NCBI GenBank assembly: GCA_035536915.1 | Contig: DATLNE010000020.1 | Coordinates: 15,044-79,043 of the forward strand | DNA from: Acidimicrobiales bacterium | GTDB lineage: Bacteria; Actinomycetota; Acidimicrobiia; Acidimicrobiales; JAHWLA01 | Direction: 5' to 3' | Length of the DNA stretch: 64,000 nt | In this document: piece by piece, positions 43,129 to 52,440 of the stretch | How the letters are laid out: each line of letters opens with the position of its first letter | How positions within the stretch are numbered: the first letter of the stretch is position 1 | The notes under the pieces: model-generated | What the model was told of the DNA's origin: nothing | The model's input: only the letters and a program-made list of their open reading frames with translations | Databases searched by the model: none | Made by a program: the position numbers and the translations under genes

Positions 43129-45654
43129 TCAGAGGTTTCCGATGTGGAGCACCTTCGGCGGAGTCGCGGCGTCCCAGGCGATGGCGTGGGGGATGCCCGG
43201 GTACACGTCGAAGAAGTTGTCGGCGAGCGGCACTTCGCCGTCGAGGTCGAGGCAGACACCCCACACGAACGTCTCGCTCTCGAAGACCGCTTGGCCGTCG
43301 GCACACGTCACGGTCAGGTCGGACGATGCCCAGGCGAGCTCGTGGAAGACCGGGAGCACCAACCGGTTGCGAGCCACGAGCTCGCCGTCGCGCTCGAGCA
43401 CGGCGAAGGCGAGGCTCCCGGTGGGGTCGGTCCATTCGGAACGGGGGAAGCGGCCCAGGACGGTCGCGCTGTTGGGCTCCAACGTCACCTCGTCGCCCAG
43501 GTCGACCGGGTACCCGCCTTTGAGCCCGAACACGCCGTAGCGCAGCGTGCCTTCGACGGGGTCGGTGGTGTCGTTGACTCCGTGCACGACGACATCGCCG
43601 TCGGTGGCCGCGACGACAACATGCACGGGTTGGAGCGCCCGGCGGACGGCATGGAAGGCCGGCGTCCGACGGAGGTAGTAGTCGACGATCGCCCAGCCCC
43701 GCGTGGTAGGCCACGCGTCGTTGAACCCCCAGAGCACCGAGGCCGCCGACTCGAACATCCGGGACCGGAAACGCTCGCAGTACTCGCGCAGCGCTTCGCC
43801 TTGCAGAAGTCCGGCGCGGTAGACGAACTCCGATAGCGACAGTTCGCGCGGATCGAGGCCCGTCCAGAAGAAGAGGAAGTCGTCGGCCAGCGGATGCCGC
43901 GGTGAACGGCGAGGCACGTCGGCGTCGAAGCCGGGCATCTCTGTCAACAGGGCGATGGAGTTGTCGTGGGCAACCCATGCAGGAGAACCCACGTACCGCT
44001 GGGCTTCGGGCAGCGCCGATTCCAGCGTGGGCAGCGACGGCGGGCCCAGGACGCCGCCTTCGTCGGGGAAACGGCACACCATCGAGCGGTAGTCGCGGAA
44101 GTCGGGGTTGGCGAAGCCCACCGACCATGGGTGCTGGTCGCCACTCGTGTCGGAAAAGGGGGGCTCGCCGTCGGGTGAGAACGGAGACGACGGCACGTAG
44201 AAGCGGGTGCCGTCCTCGTCGGCGACGATGCCGGCGAGCACCTCGTGGTAGAGCCGATGGTCGGGCGCCTCGTCCAGCCGGGCCTCGGTGAGCATCCACG
44301 TCGTCCACTCGACCTCGTTGTTGCCGCACCACACCACCAAGCTCGGGTGCGACGCCAACCGACGGACCTGCTCCGTCGCCTCGGCTACGCACTCCGCGAC
44401 GAACCCCTCGTCGTCGCCGGGATACCACGAGCAGGCGAACGTCATCTCCTGCCACACGAGGATGCCCTCGCGGTCGCAGCGGTCGTAGAAGTGGTCGCGC
44501 TCGTAGTCGCCGCCGCCCCACACGCGCAGGAAGTTGAAGTTGGCCTCCACGGCGCGGTCGATCAAGGCGTCGTAGCGGGCGTTGTCGACGAGCGACGGCA
44601 CGAGGTCCGGTGGCACCCAGTTGCCGCCCTTGGCGAACACCGGCCTTCCGTTCACCTCGATGCGGAAGTACCGCCCGCCCTCGGGGTGGGGGTCCTGGGC
44701 CACGACGGCGCGACGGAACCCGACGCGGCGCCGCTCGGTCGCCACGACCTGGCCGTGGACGACGACCTCGATGTCGACGTCGTACAAGCGCTGCGCGCCG
44801 TGGCCGCGCGGCCACCACAGTTCCGGGGCTTCGACCTGCACCTCGGCCGTGTGGCGCGACAGGCCCGCCCCCACCGTGACCGGTACCGTCTCCGACACCC
44901 CGAGCTCGGCGACGCGCACCGAGAGCGTGGCGCTCACCGGGTCGGCGACAAGGCCCTCGACGTGCGCACTGACCCGCACGACACCCGATCGCAGGTCTTC
45001 TCCGAGGTGCGCCACCACGGCCACGTCGTCGACGCGTACCTCGTCGTCGCCGGCGGCGAGTTCGAGGCGGACGGACCCGCTGATCCCGACGTTCACCAAC
45101 CGGGTCGACCAGTCCCACCCGAACTGGTACTGCGGCTTTCGCAGCCAGTGGCGCTTCGAGAGCCTCGCGTCCGTGCTCGGAACGATGACGTACGGCTCGG
45201 ACGGCAGGTCGCCGACGGCGAGCAGGCCACTGTGGATGTCGACAGCTACCACGTTGCGGCCGGGACGTAAACGGCCAGCTACGTCGATCCGGCAACGCCG
45301 AAACGCGTTCGCATGTGTCCCGACCGGCTCGCCGTTCACGTACACCGTGGCGTGCAGGTCGAGGCGGTCGAACACGAGCCAGGCCCGTTCGGACGCGACC
45401 GAGCCGGGGTCGAGCTCGAAGGTTCGCCGGTAGAAGAAGCGGCACTCTTCCACCCACCGGCCCGCCAGCGCGTTCAACCCCAGCTCGGGCGGCTCCAAGA
45501 GGCCCGCGCGTTCGAGATCACGATGGATCTCGCCGGGGACGGACGCCTCCAGAAAACCGTGTTCGTCGACCTCGTCACCCACCGCGTGGCCCATGGTGCG
45601 CGGGCCGTCGCTCCACGTCAGCTTCCAGCGACCATCGAGGCTGATGACGTTCAT
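43129..45654 (-). CDS. glycoside hydrolase family 2 beta-mannosidase-like enzyme (no signal peptide)
   Basis: 841 aa, MNVISLDGRWKLTW. The GH2 sugar-binding, Ig-like and TIM-barrel order is recognisable. The acid/base region is VVWCGNNEVEW. The overall pattern resembles bacterial beta-mannosidases. Confidence 0.85.
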   Translation of the reverse strand: MNVISLDGRWKLTWSDGPRTMGHAVGDEVDEHGFLEASVPGEIHRDLERAGLLEPPELGLNALAGRWVEECRFFYRRTFELDPGSVASERAWLVFDRLDLHATVYVNGEPVGTHANAFRRCRIDVAGRLRPGRNVVAVDIHSGLLAVGDLPSEPYVIVPSTDARLSKRHWLRKPQYQFGWDWSTRLVNVGISGSVRLELAAGDDEVRVDDVAVVAHLGEDLRSGVVRVSAHVEGLVADPVSATLSVRVAELGVSETVPVTVGAGLSRHTAEVQVEAPELWWPRGHGAQRLYDVDIEVVVHGQVVATERRRVGFRRAVVAQDPHPEGGRYFRIEVNGRPVFAKGGNWVPPDLVPSLVDNARYDALIDRAVEANFNFLRVWGGGDYERDHFYDRCDREGILVWQEMTFACSWYPGDDEGFVAECVAEATEQVRRLASHPSLVVWCGNNEVEWTTWMLTEARLDEAPDHRLYHEVLAGIVADEDGTRFYVPSSPFSPDGEPPFSDTSGDQHPWSVGFANPDFRDYRSMVCRFPDEGGVLGPPSLPTLESALPEAQRYVGSPAWVAHDNSIALLTEMPGFDADVPRRSPRHPLADDFLFFWTGLDPRELSLSEFVYRAGLLQGEALREYCERFRSRMFESAASVLWGFNDAWPTTRGWAIVDYYLRRTPAFHAVRRALQPVHVVVAATDGDVVVHGVNDTTDPVEGTLRYGVFGLKGGYPVDLGDEVTLEPNSATVLGRFPRSEWTDPTGSLAFAVLERDGELVARNRLVLPVFHELAWASSDLTVTCADGQAVFESETFVWGVCLDLDGEVPLADNFFDVYPGIPHAIAWDAATPPKVLHIGNL

Positions 45655-45677
45655 AGAACCGTCACCGTACCACCATA

Positions 45678-45691
45678 AGACAACGTTGTCA
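45678..45691. promoter_or_regulatory. LacI-type operator copy d (AGACAACGTTGTCA)
   Basis: It lies in the 34-nt gap upstream of the GH2 start (45654) and overlaps the stop codon (45689-45691) of the upstream oxidoreductase. A TATGGT hexamer follows on the minus strand. Confidence 0.65.
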
Positions 45692-46846
45692 GCGGGCGGG
45701 GCTGTCGAGCGGAGGACACGCGGCGTGCGTCTCGTGGGAGCGCAGTGCCGCCGCGAAGACCCGGTGGCTGTCGAGCGCTTCTGCCGGCGTCACGCACCCG
45801 AAGCGGTCGCCCAGCTGCCCGGCCCGTTCGGCGAGGAAGGCAGCCCACATCTGGAGGATCGCATCGGAGAACCCGAACTCGAAGATGCCACCGGTCACCG
45901 TCGGGAAGGCGGACTGGCTGCCCATCTCGACTTGTTGCCACACCTGCTCACCCTCGTCGACCTTCAGCCGCCAAAGCGTCTTGGGATACCGCGTGGAGAA
46001 CTCCACGCACCCGTCCAGTCCTCGCACCCTGAAGTAGAACGAGTTCTTCTCCCCCGGTGCGATGCGCTTCTGTTCGAGCGTCAACGGGAACCGGCCGTGA
46101 GCCTCGTCGTCGACGGTGCACACGAGGGTGGCGTTCTCGAAGGTGTCACACGGCACCCGTTCGACGGCGCCCTTGGAGCGGGGCCGCTCGTCGACGAGGT
46201 GCTGGAGCACGCCGTAGACGTGTTCGGGCAACCACCCCAGCCGCAGCGGCAGGTGAAGCGTGTGCATGCCCAGATCGCCCATGACGCCGATCTCCCCGCA
46301 GTGCTGCGCCTGGCGCTTCCAGTTGATCGGCTTGTCGAGGTCGTAGTCACTCGAATGGAGGAAGCCGCAGCCCGCGTCGACGATGCGGCCGAGGGCGCCC
46401 GAGCGGACGAGGTCGAACGCCTTCTGGGCGGCAGGGAAGAACGGCATCTCACTGGAGCAGCGCACGAAGACGTCGGGGTTCGCCTCGGCAACGGCGACGA
46501 TTCGGGCAGCGGCATCCAGGTCGATGCCGAACGGCTTTTCACCCAGCACGTCCTTGCCTGCGGTGATTGCCTCGACGTAGATCTCCTCGTGCAGGTGATG
46601 AGGGACGGCGATGTAGAGAACGTCGACCCCGTCGTCCTTCAACAGGTCGCGGTAGTCGGTCGTCTTCACCACGACGCTGTCGACCTTGTCGAACCAGTCG
46701 AGTGCGGCGGGGTTGGTGTCGCAGACGTGCGTCAGCCGCGGCCTCACCGGGTGGTCCTCCAGGGCGTCCCAACGGCCGATGGCGGCCGCCAGCTCCTTTC
46801 CCATCAACCCACCCCCGACGATGCCGATGTTGACCACCTGCGTCAC
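45689..46846 (-). CDS. Gfo/Idh/MocA family oxidoreductase
   Basis: The GTG at 46846 (GTGA overlap with the aldolase stop) gives VTQVVNIGIVGGGLMGKE. The EKP motif (VLGEKPF) is present. Confidence 0.9.
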   Translation of the reverse strand: MTQVVNIGIVGGGLMGKELAAAIGRWDALEDHPVRPRLTHVCDTNPAALDWFDKVDSVVVKTTDYRDLLKDDGVDVLYIAVPHHLHEEIYVEAITAGKDVLGEKPFGIDLDAAARIVAVAEANPDVFVRCSSEMPFFPAAQKAFDLVRSGALGRIVDAGCGFLHSSDYDLDKPINWKRQAQHCGEIGVMGDLGMHTLHLPLRLGWLPEHVYGVLQHLVDERPRSKGAVERVPCDTFENATLVCTVDDEAHGRFPLTLEQKRIAPGEKNSFYFRVRGLDGCVEFSTRYPKTLWRLKVDEGEQVWQQVEMGSQSAFPTVTGGIFEFGFSDAILQMWAAFLAERAGQLGDRFGCVTPAEALDSHRVFAAALRSHETHAACPPLDSPAR

Positions 46847-47679
46847 CGCACGTCCTCCAACAACTCGAGCGCCTTGTCGGCTGAGACGTTCTCGTGGAGG
46901 ACGGCCATGAGGGCACGGGTGATCGAAGCCGGGCGGGGGTGCTGGATGATGTTGCGCCCGTAGACGATGCCCGCCGCGCCTTGGGCCAGCACTGCTTCCG
47001 TGCGTCGCAGCAGGGTGGCGTCGTCCACCTTCCCGCCACCACGGACGAGCACGGGCACGCCCGCCGCCTCGACCACCCGGTGGTAGTCCTCGACATCGTC
47101 GGTCGGGTCGGCTTTCACGAGGTCCGCACCGAGCTCGCGCGCCTGGCGCACCAGCGCCACCACCTTGGTGGTGTCTCCGTCGACCATGTAGCCGCCCGCC
47201 TTGCTGTTGTCCTGCATGACGAGGGGCTCGATCATCAGTGGCATGGCGTAGCGATCGCACTCGGCACGCAGGTGCATGATGTTCTCGATGCACGCTTGGC
47301 GCACGTCGGGGCGGCCGGGCAGCTGGAACAGGTTCACGACGACGCAGACGGCGTCGAGTCGGACGGCGATCTCCACCGCGTCGGGGTACACGAGCGAGAA
47401 GAGGTGGTCGTCGAGCGGGCTCCCGTAGACGTTGGCGACATCCGTGCGCAGCACGAGCGCGGGCTTGTCCTTCCCTGGCAGGCCCTGCAAGAGAGGCGCC
47501 TGCCCCGGCGTGAGTTGGATGGCGTCGGGCGCGGCGTCGACCAGCGTGCGCACCGCCGCCCCCATGTCCTCGATGCCGGTCAGGAACGACGGCTCCCCGA
47601 AGAAACCGTGGTCGACGGCGACATCGAGGCACCGACCGGACACGGGGTTGACGAGCCTGTTGAGCCGGAATTGCTTCAT
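46843..47679 (-). CDS. class I aldolase (DeoC/LacD/FbaB-LsrF family)
   Basis: The ATG at 47679 gives MKQFRLNRLVNPVSGRCLDVAVDHG. The Schiff-base lysine context is GADLVKADPT, and the C-terminal phosphate-binding stretch is VLVRGGGK...GAAGIVYGRNI. Confidence 0.8.
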   Translation of the reverse strand: MKQFRLNRLVNPVSGRCLDVAVDHGFFGEPSFLTGIEDMGAAVRTLVDAAPDAIQLTPGQAPLLQGLPGKDKPALVLRTDVANVYGSPLDDHLFSLVYPDAVEIAVRLDAVCVVVNLFQLPGRPDVRQACIENIMHLRAECDRYAMPLMIEPLVMQDNSKAGGYMVDGDTTKVVALVRQARELGADLVKADPTDDVEDYHRVVEAAGVPVLVRGGGKVDDATLLRRTEAVLAQGAAGIVYGRNIIQHPRPASITRALMAVLHENVSADKALELLEDVR

Positions 47680-47700
47680 GCCATGATCGTAGCGACAGGT

Positions 47701-47714
47701 AGACAACGTTGTCA
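47701..47714. promoter_or_regulatory. LacI-type operator copy e (AGACAACGTTGTCA)
   Basis: It lies in the divergent gap between the aldolase start (47679, -) and the LacI gene (+). It is identical to copy d. Confidence 0.7.
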
Positions 47715-47775
47715 TCCCCCTGCGTCCTATGACTTTCGCGACGTGGGCACTACCGTCTTGCGCGTGGGGGGCCAC

Positions 47776-48816
47776 ATGCACGCAGGAGGATCTTTGAACC
47801 GGCGACCGACGATGCCTGATGTCGCACGGGCCGCGGGAGTGAGCCTCAAGACCGTGTCGCGCGTGATCAACGGCGAGCAGGGTGTGAGCGCCGGCACCAT
47901 GGCGCGCGTCAACGAGGCGATCGCCGCGTTGGGCTTCCGGCGCAACGACATCGCCCGTGGCCTGCGCTCAGGCCAGACCTCGGCCAGCATCGGCCTGGTG
48001 ATCGGCGACATCGCCAACCCCTTCTACTCCGCCATCGCCCGAGCGGTGGAGACGGTGGCGGGGCCCCGGCACTTCATGGTCGTGATCGGAAGCAGCGACG
48101 AGTCACCCGAACGAGAGCAGGAACTGGTGGCGTCGCTGTTCCAACGCCGGGTCGACGGGCTGCTCGTCGTCCCTGCCCCGGGCAGCCATCGTTACCTCGA
48201 GGCCGAGATCGCCATGGGCACGCCCATCGTCTTCCTCGACCGCCCGCCGGTCGGCATCAAAGCCGACACCGTCGTGATCGAGAACCGCAAGGGCGCCGAA
48301 CAGGGCGTCGCCCACCTCATCGCCGAGGGGCACCGGCGCATCGCCATGGTGGGCGACCGGCCCGCCATCTACACCGCCCGCGAGCGCCTCGCCGGCTACC
48401 GTCGCGCCCTCGAGGCCGCGGGGCTCCCCGTAGACGAGGGCCTGATGCGCCTCGGACCGCACGACCCCGAGGCCGCCGAAGCTGCCACCTACGAATTGCT
48501 CGACCTGCCCGACCCGCCTACGGCGTTCTTCACGTCGAACAACCGCATGACGGTGGGCGTTGTGCATGCTCTCTGGTCGCGTGGCGTGGAGGCGGGGCTC
48601 GTCGGGTTCGACGACTTCGAACTCGCCGACATGCTTCCCGTCCCCTTCACCGTGATCACCCACCAGCCGAGCGACATGGCAGGTCGCGCCGCCGAGTTGC
48701 TGTTCGACCGCATCGACGGCAACCGCGGGGGTCCTCCTCGCCGCATCGCGCTGCCGACCGAGCTCGTCCCGCGTGGCCGCGGGCTTACCGCCGCAGTAGG
48801 AGCCGGCAGTCGCTGA
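47776..48816 (+). CDS. LacI-family transcriptional regulator
   Basis: HTH RRPTMPDVARAAGVSLKTVSRVINGEQGVS followed by a periplasmic-binding-protein-like effector domain. Start candidates are the GTG at 47764 (TACCGT-N7-GTG), the ATG at 47776 and the TTG at 47794. The long track ORF from 46894 is antisense to the aldolase. Confidence 0.9.
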   Translation: MHAGGSLNRRPTMPDVARAAGVSLKTVSRVINGEQGVSAGTMARVNEAIAALGFRRNDIARGLRSGQTSASIGLVIGDIANPFYSAIARAVETVAGPRHFMVVIGSSDESPEREQELVASLFQRRVDGLLVVPAPGSHRYLEAEIAMGTPIVFLDRPPVGIKADTVVIENRKGAEQGVAHLIAEGHRRIAMVGDRPAIYTARERLAGYRRALEAAGLPVDEGLMRLGPHDPEAAEAATYELLDLPDPPTAFFTSNNRMTVGVVHALWSRGVEAGLVGFDDFELADMLPVPFTVITHQPSDMAGRAAELLFDRIDGNRGGPPRRIALPTELVPRGRGLTAAVGAGSR

Positions 48817-48846
48817 CCCACCACCGCACGCCGTAAGCGCCCCCGC

Positions 48847-49746
48847 CTACGAGAGCTGTGCCTCGGCCTTGGCGATCAGTTCCTGCAGGTGGAGGCCCCG
48901 CAGCACGCCACACGGGTGGGGCTTGCCGGTGCGTACCGCATCGTGCAGCTCGGCAGCCATCCGGGGGAAGGTGTCGGGACCGGCGGCCTTGACGAGGTCG
49001 ACCTCCAACTCGCCTTCACGACCGTAGAGGGCCACCCCCGCAGCAGCGCCGTCGATCCCGGTGCTCGAAGACAACGACACCTGCGAGACGGCACCGCCCT
49101 CATGGCCGAGCGTCAGGCCGACCCAGCCACCGGCCGATGCCCGAGCGGCCACGTCGACAACCGGGCCGAGGGCGACGTCGATCAGGTCGAGGGCATGAGG
49201 GCCCACGTCGAGCAGCGCCCCCTTGGCCTGGCGCCACGGCGATGCCGCGAACGGGCCGTCGAGCAGCGCACCCGACAGCAACCACGCTCGTCCGCCCGCG
49301 GCGTCGAAGAGGCGGGCTTGTTCGAGAAAGGCGCGCACCCCCGCTGCGTACCGCCACGTCAGCGCGACCAGCGACTGGACGCCGGCTTCACCCACGGCGT
49401 CCACCACCCGTCGGGCGTCGTCGACGGACGTGGCAAGAGGCTTTTCGACCAAGAGGTGCTTGCCCCGGCGGGCGGCCTGCACGGCGATGTCGGGTTGCGC
49501 CTCGGGGGCCACGGCGATGACCACCGCTTCGCAGAGGCCGAACAGCTCGTCCAGCGAACGAGCCGCCACCGCACCGTGCTGCGTGGCCAGCGCCTCGCCC
49601 GCCTCGGGCCGACGCGCCCACACCGCAGCCAGCCGGGTGTGCGGTCCCGCGGCCAGGGTGGGTGCGTGCACCATCGTCGCCCACGGTCCCGCGCCGACGA
49701 GCCCGACGGACACCGGCTCGTGTGTCGACTGCCTTTCCACCGTCAA
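48847..49746 (-). CDS. Gfo/Idh/MocA family oxidoreductase
   Basis: VSVGLVGAGPWATMVH (Rossmann) and the EKP motif (LLVEKPL). The start is uncertain: the TTG at 49746, or the GTG at 49740 or 49713. Confidence 0.85.
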   Translation of the reverse strand: MTVERQSTHEPVSVGLVGAGPWATMVHAPTLAAGPHTRLAAVWARRPEAGEALATQHGAVAARSLDELFGLCEAVVIAVAPEAQPDIAVQAARRGKHLLVEKPLATSVDDARRVVDAVGEAGVQSLVALTWRYAAGVRAFLEQARLFDAAGGRAWLLSGALLDGPFAASPWRQAKGALLDVGPHALDLIDVALGPVVDVAARASAGGWVGLTLGHEGGAVSQVSLSSSTGIDGAAAGVALYGREGELEVDLVKAAGPDTFPRMAAELHDAVRTGKPHPCGVLRGLHLQELIAKAEAQLS

Positions 49747-49753
49747 TTGCTGT

Positions 49754-51964
49754 TCAGCTCGGCAGGCCTGCGGAGGCGCCTTGGAGGAACACCGAACGGA
49801 GCAGGTCGTCGCGACCCAACAGCTCCTTGGCGTCGCCGTCGAAGCGAACCGAGCCCTTCTCCATGAAGTAGGCGTGGTCGACGAGCGACAGCGCGATGTT
49901 CACGCTCTGCTCCACGAGCACGATCGCCGTGCCCTGGGCGTTGATCTGCCGAACCATCTCCAGCAGCTCGCCCACGACCTTGGGGGCCAGGCCCAGCGAC
50001 AACTCGTCGATCAGGAGCAGACGGGGCCGCACCATGAACGCTTTCCCCAACGCGATCATCTGGTTCTCGCCGCCCGACATCTGCGCCGCCGGTTGGTTGC
50101 GCCGTTCGGCCAGGCGGGGGAACGCCTCGAACACCACGTCGATTCCCGCGTCGATTGCTTTGCGGTCGCGACCGAGCGAGTAGCCCGCGGCCCGGAGGTT
50201 CTCCACCACGGTGAGGCCGGGGAACGTCGCCCGTCCCCCCGCGATCTGCTTCAGGCCGAGCGAGACGCGGCGCTGCGGGTCGAGGAAGGTGATGTCGGCG
50301 CCGAGGTAACGCACCGAGCCGCGACTCGGGAGGCCCAGCCCGGAGATGACACGGAGCAAGGTCGACTTCCCCGCGCCGTTGGTGCCGAGCAGCGCCACCA
50401 TCTCGCCCTCGTCGACCGTGAACGAGACGTCGAACAGCACCTGTACTTGGTCATAGGCAAAGTCGATGTGCCGGCAGGCGAGCATCGGCAACGTGGTCCC
50501 CGACTGCACCAGGGCGCGGATCTCCTCCTCTTCGATGATCTCGCCGACCATCCGGTCGAGGTCGTCGTTGACGGTGCGCGCCGCCCGGTGCAGCACCAGG
50601 CCCGCCGCGATGCCGGGCACGGCCAGCGAGAGGATCGCGCCCGCCGAGCCGTACCGGCGGTCGACGCCGCTGAGCAACAAGATGCCCATCGTGCCGCCGA
50701 CACCCGCCAGCGCAATGCCCGCCAGTGCGGCGAGGTGCGGTCGCATGTGGGCGGGCACGACGGAGAACATCGCCATGTGCAGGATCGGCAGGATGACCGA
50801 GGTCATGGCCAGCGCAACTGCGAACAGCACGACCATCACGGCGAAGACGGGCGTGAAGATCGCTACCGCAAGGGTGGTGATGCCGATGCCCAGGAGGGTT
50901 CCCGCCAGTCGCACCAGTCGCCCGGGATCCTGACGGAACAGCATCTCGTCGCGCTTGCCGAAGGCGGCCAGCGCCACCACGCCACAGAGCGACGTGGCCG
51001 CGGAGAAGACCGACCGGCTGCCGGGGCCCATCCCCCACTCCTCCTGGAGGAAGAACGCCAGGTAGGTGACGAACGGCACGATGAGCATGCCGAGCACGGC
51101 GTTGGCCACCAGGATCTTGCGCACCGTCGGGATGAGCAGCACACGCTGGGCGATCTCGAAGAAGCCGAGCTTCACCTGGGAGTCGTCGACCTCGGCGCGC
51201 GCCGCCCCTTTGCCCCGCACCACGTCGCGCACCCGCTCCGTGTCGAACCGGCCGAAGCCCGGGTCGCGCAGCCGCGTCGCGAACAAGGCCACGAGGATGC
51301 AGACAACGCCTTGGGCGACGAACACCCCGCGCCACGTCCAGCCCAGGATCGCCGTGCACAGCCCGATGAGGAGGGGGGCCGCGACCTGGCCTGCCGCCTG
51401 AGCCCCGCGGTAGAAGGCCATTACCCGCACACGGATGGGTGGCGGATAGCTGTCGAGGAGCAACGGCTCGTGCACCGCCTGGACGGACGCCGAACTGGCT
51501 CCGTCGAGGACCATGACGAGGAACAGTCCCCAGAGGGTGACGACGAAGCCGGTGCCGAGCGTCATCACGCTCCAGGCAAAAGCGGTCACGATGCAGATGG
51601 CAGCCCTTCGCGGGTGGCGCTGCACAAGCGAGGCGACGGGCAGCGTGGCCAGGGTCAGCACGAGCGTCTTGACGAGCACGATGCCGGCGAGAGCGCTGCG
51701 GGGCATGCCGAGCGACGCGGTGATCTCCGGGCCCAGCACGACCACCGAATTACTCTGGAACTGGTCGACCGTGAGCAAGAGGCCGAGCGAGACCATCGGG
51801 TACCAGCCCACGCCCGACTCGGCGAGCGCTCGTCGCAGCGGCGGTGCCTCGCTGTCGCCGGTGACGCCGACGGCCGCCCGTCCTTTGACCTGCAGCTCGG
51901 CCCGTGCCGACTCCACCGCCTCGACGGCGTCGTCGGTCTCCCGAGTTGTCTGCCGGGTTCCCAT
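49754..51964 (-). CDS. fusion protein: MFS-type 12-TM domain + LivF-type (HAAT family) ABC ATPase domain
   Basis: 736 aa. Residues ~50-480 form about 12 hydrophobic spans with MFS-like loops (LDSYPPPIRVRVMAFYRG). Residues ~497-736 carry Walker A GTNGAGKSTLL, signature MSGGENQM, Walker B LLLIDELSLGLAP and a LivF-like tail. Confidence 0.85.
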   Translation of the reverse strand: MGTRQTTRETDDAVEAVESARAELQVKGRAAVGVTGDSEAPPLRRALAESGVGWYPMVSLGLLLTVDQFQSNSVVVLGPEITASLGMPRSALAGIVLVKTLVLTLATLPVASLVQRHPRRAAICIVTAFAWSVMTLGTGFVVTLWGLFLVMVLDGASSASVQAVHEPLLLDSYPPPIRVRVMAFYRGAQAAGQVAAPLLIGLCTAILGWTWRGVFVAQGVVCILVALFATRLRDPGFGRFDTERVRDVVRGKGAARAEVDDSQVKLGFFEIAQRVLLIPTVRKILVANAVLGMLIVPFVTYLAFFLQEEWGMGPGSRSVFSAATSLCGVVALAAFGKRDEMLFRQDPGRLVRLAGTLLGIGITTLAVAIFTPVFAVMVVLFAVALAMTSVILPILHMAMFSVVPAHMRPHLAALAGIALAGVGGTMGILLLSGVDRRYGSAGAILSLAVPGIAAGLVLHRAARTVNDDLDRMVGEIIEEEEIRALVQSGTTLPMLACRHIDFAYDQVQVLFDVSFTVDEGEMVALLGTNGAGKSTLLRVISGLGLPSRGSVRYLGADITFLDPQRRVSLGLKQIAGGRATFPGLTVVENLRAAGYSLGRDRKAIDAGIDVVFEAFPRLAERRNQPAAQMSGGENQMIALGKAFMVRPRLLLIDELSLGLAPKVVGELLEMVRQINAQGTAIVLVEQSVNIALSLVDHAYFMEKGSVRFDGDAKELLGRDDLLRSVFLQGASAGLPS

Positions 51965-52440
51965 CAGTCTTCACGCTCCACGGTGAACTCACGCACAAAC
52001 GCCGCCTCGCCCACCCGACGTCCCTCGTGATCAAGTAGCACGATGACGACCTCGTGACGGTCGGCCTGTCGATTGCCGGCGCGACGGTCGGCCAGTTCCT
52101 CGATGCGGACGCTCGTGCTCTCGGTGACGTACACGCGCTTGGTGGCCAGCCACGCTGCATCGGGGCAGTCGGGCCGGCGTCGACAAAGCTCGTCGTCGTG
52201 GGGAACGAGCGATCGCAGGTCCTGACCCGGGCGAATCGGCGCGCGGTCGACGAAGACGCCGAACATCCCGTCGAAGTCCTCGGCCTCCCACGAGATCTCG
52301 ACAGGCAGCGTCACCGCCGCTTCGTGCGCCGGCTCTAAGAACTTGACCCGGTTGTCGGCGACGAAGTCGAGGTTCGACGTCGAACAGGCCGTCAACCACG
52401 CGCACGCCAGCAGCGCTGCGCTCCACCGAACCCGGCTCAT
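51964..52440 (-). CDS. lipoprotein of unknown function
   Basis: The ATG at 52440 (ATGA overlap) gives MSRVRWSAALLACAWLTACSTSN, with lipobox L-T-A-C. 158 aa. I recognise no family. Confidence 0.65.
   Translation of the reverse strand: MSRVRWSAALLACAWLTACSTSNLDFVADNRVKFLEPAHEAAVTLPVEISWEAEDFDGMFGVFVDRAPIRPGQDLRSLVPHDDELCRRRPDCPDAAWLATKRVYVTESTSVRIEELADRRAGNRQADRHEVVIVLLDHEGRRVGEAAFVREFTVERED

Noticed and set aside
43109-45457. A 782-aa minus-strand ORF overlapping the GH2 gene in another frame
   Set aside because: It is extremely Arg/Pro-rich (RRRRR runs). The alternative frame (43129..45654) gives a clean GH2 beta-mannosidase-like sequence.
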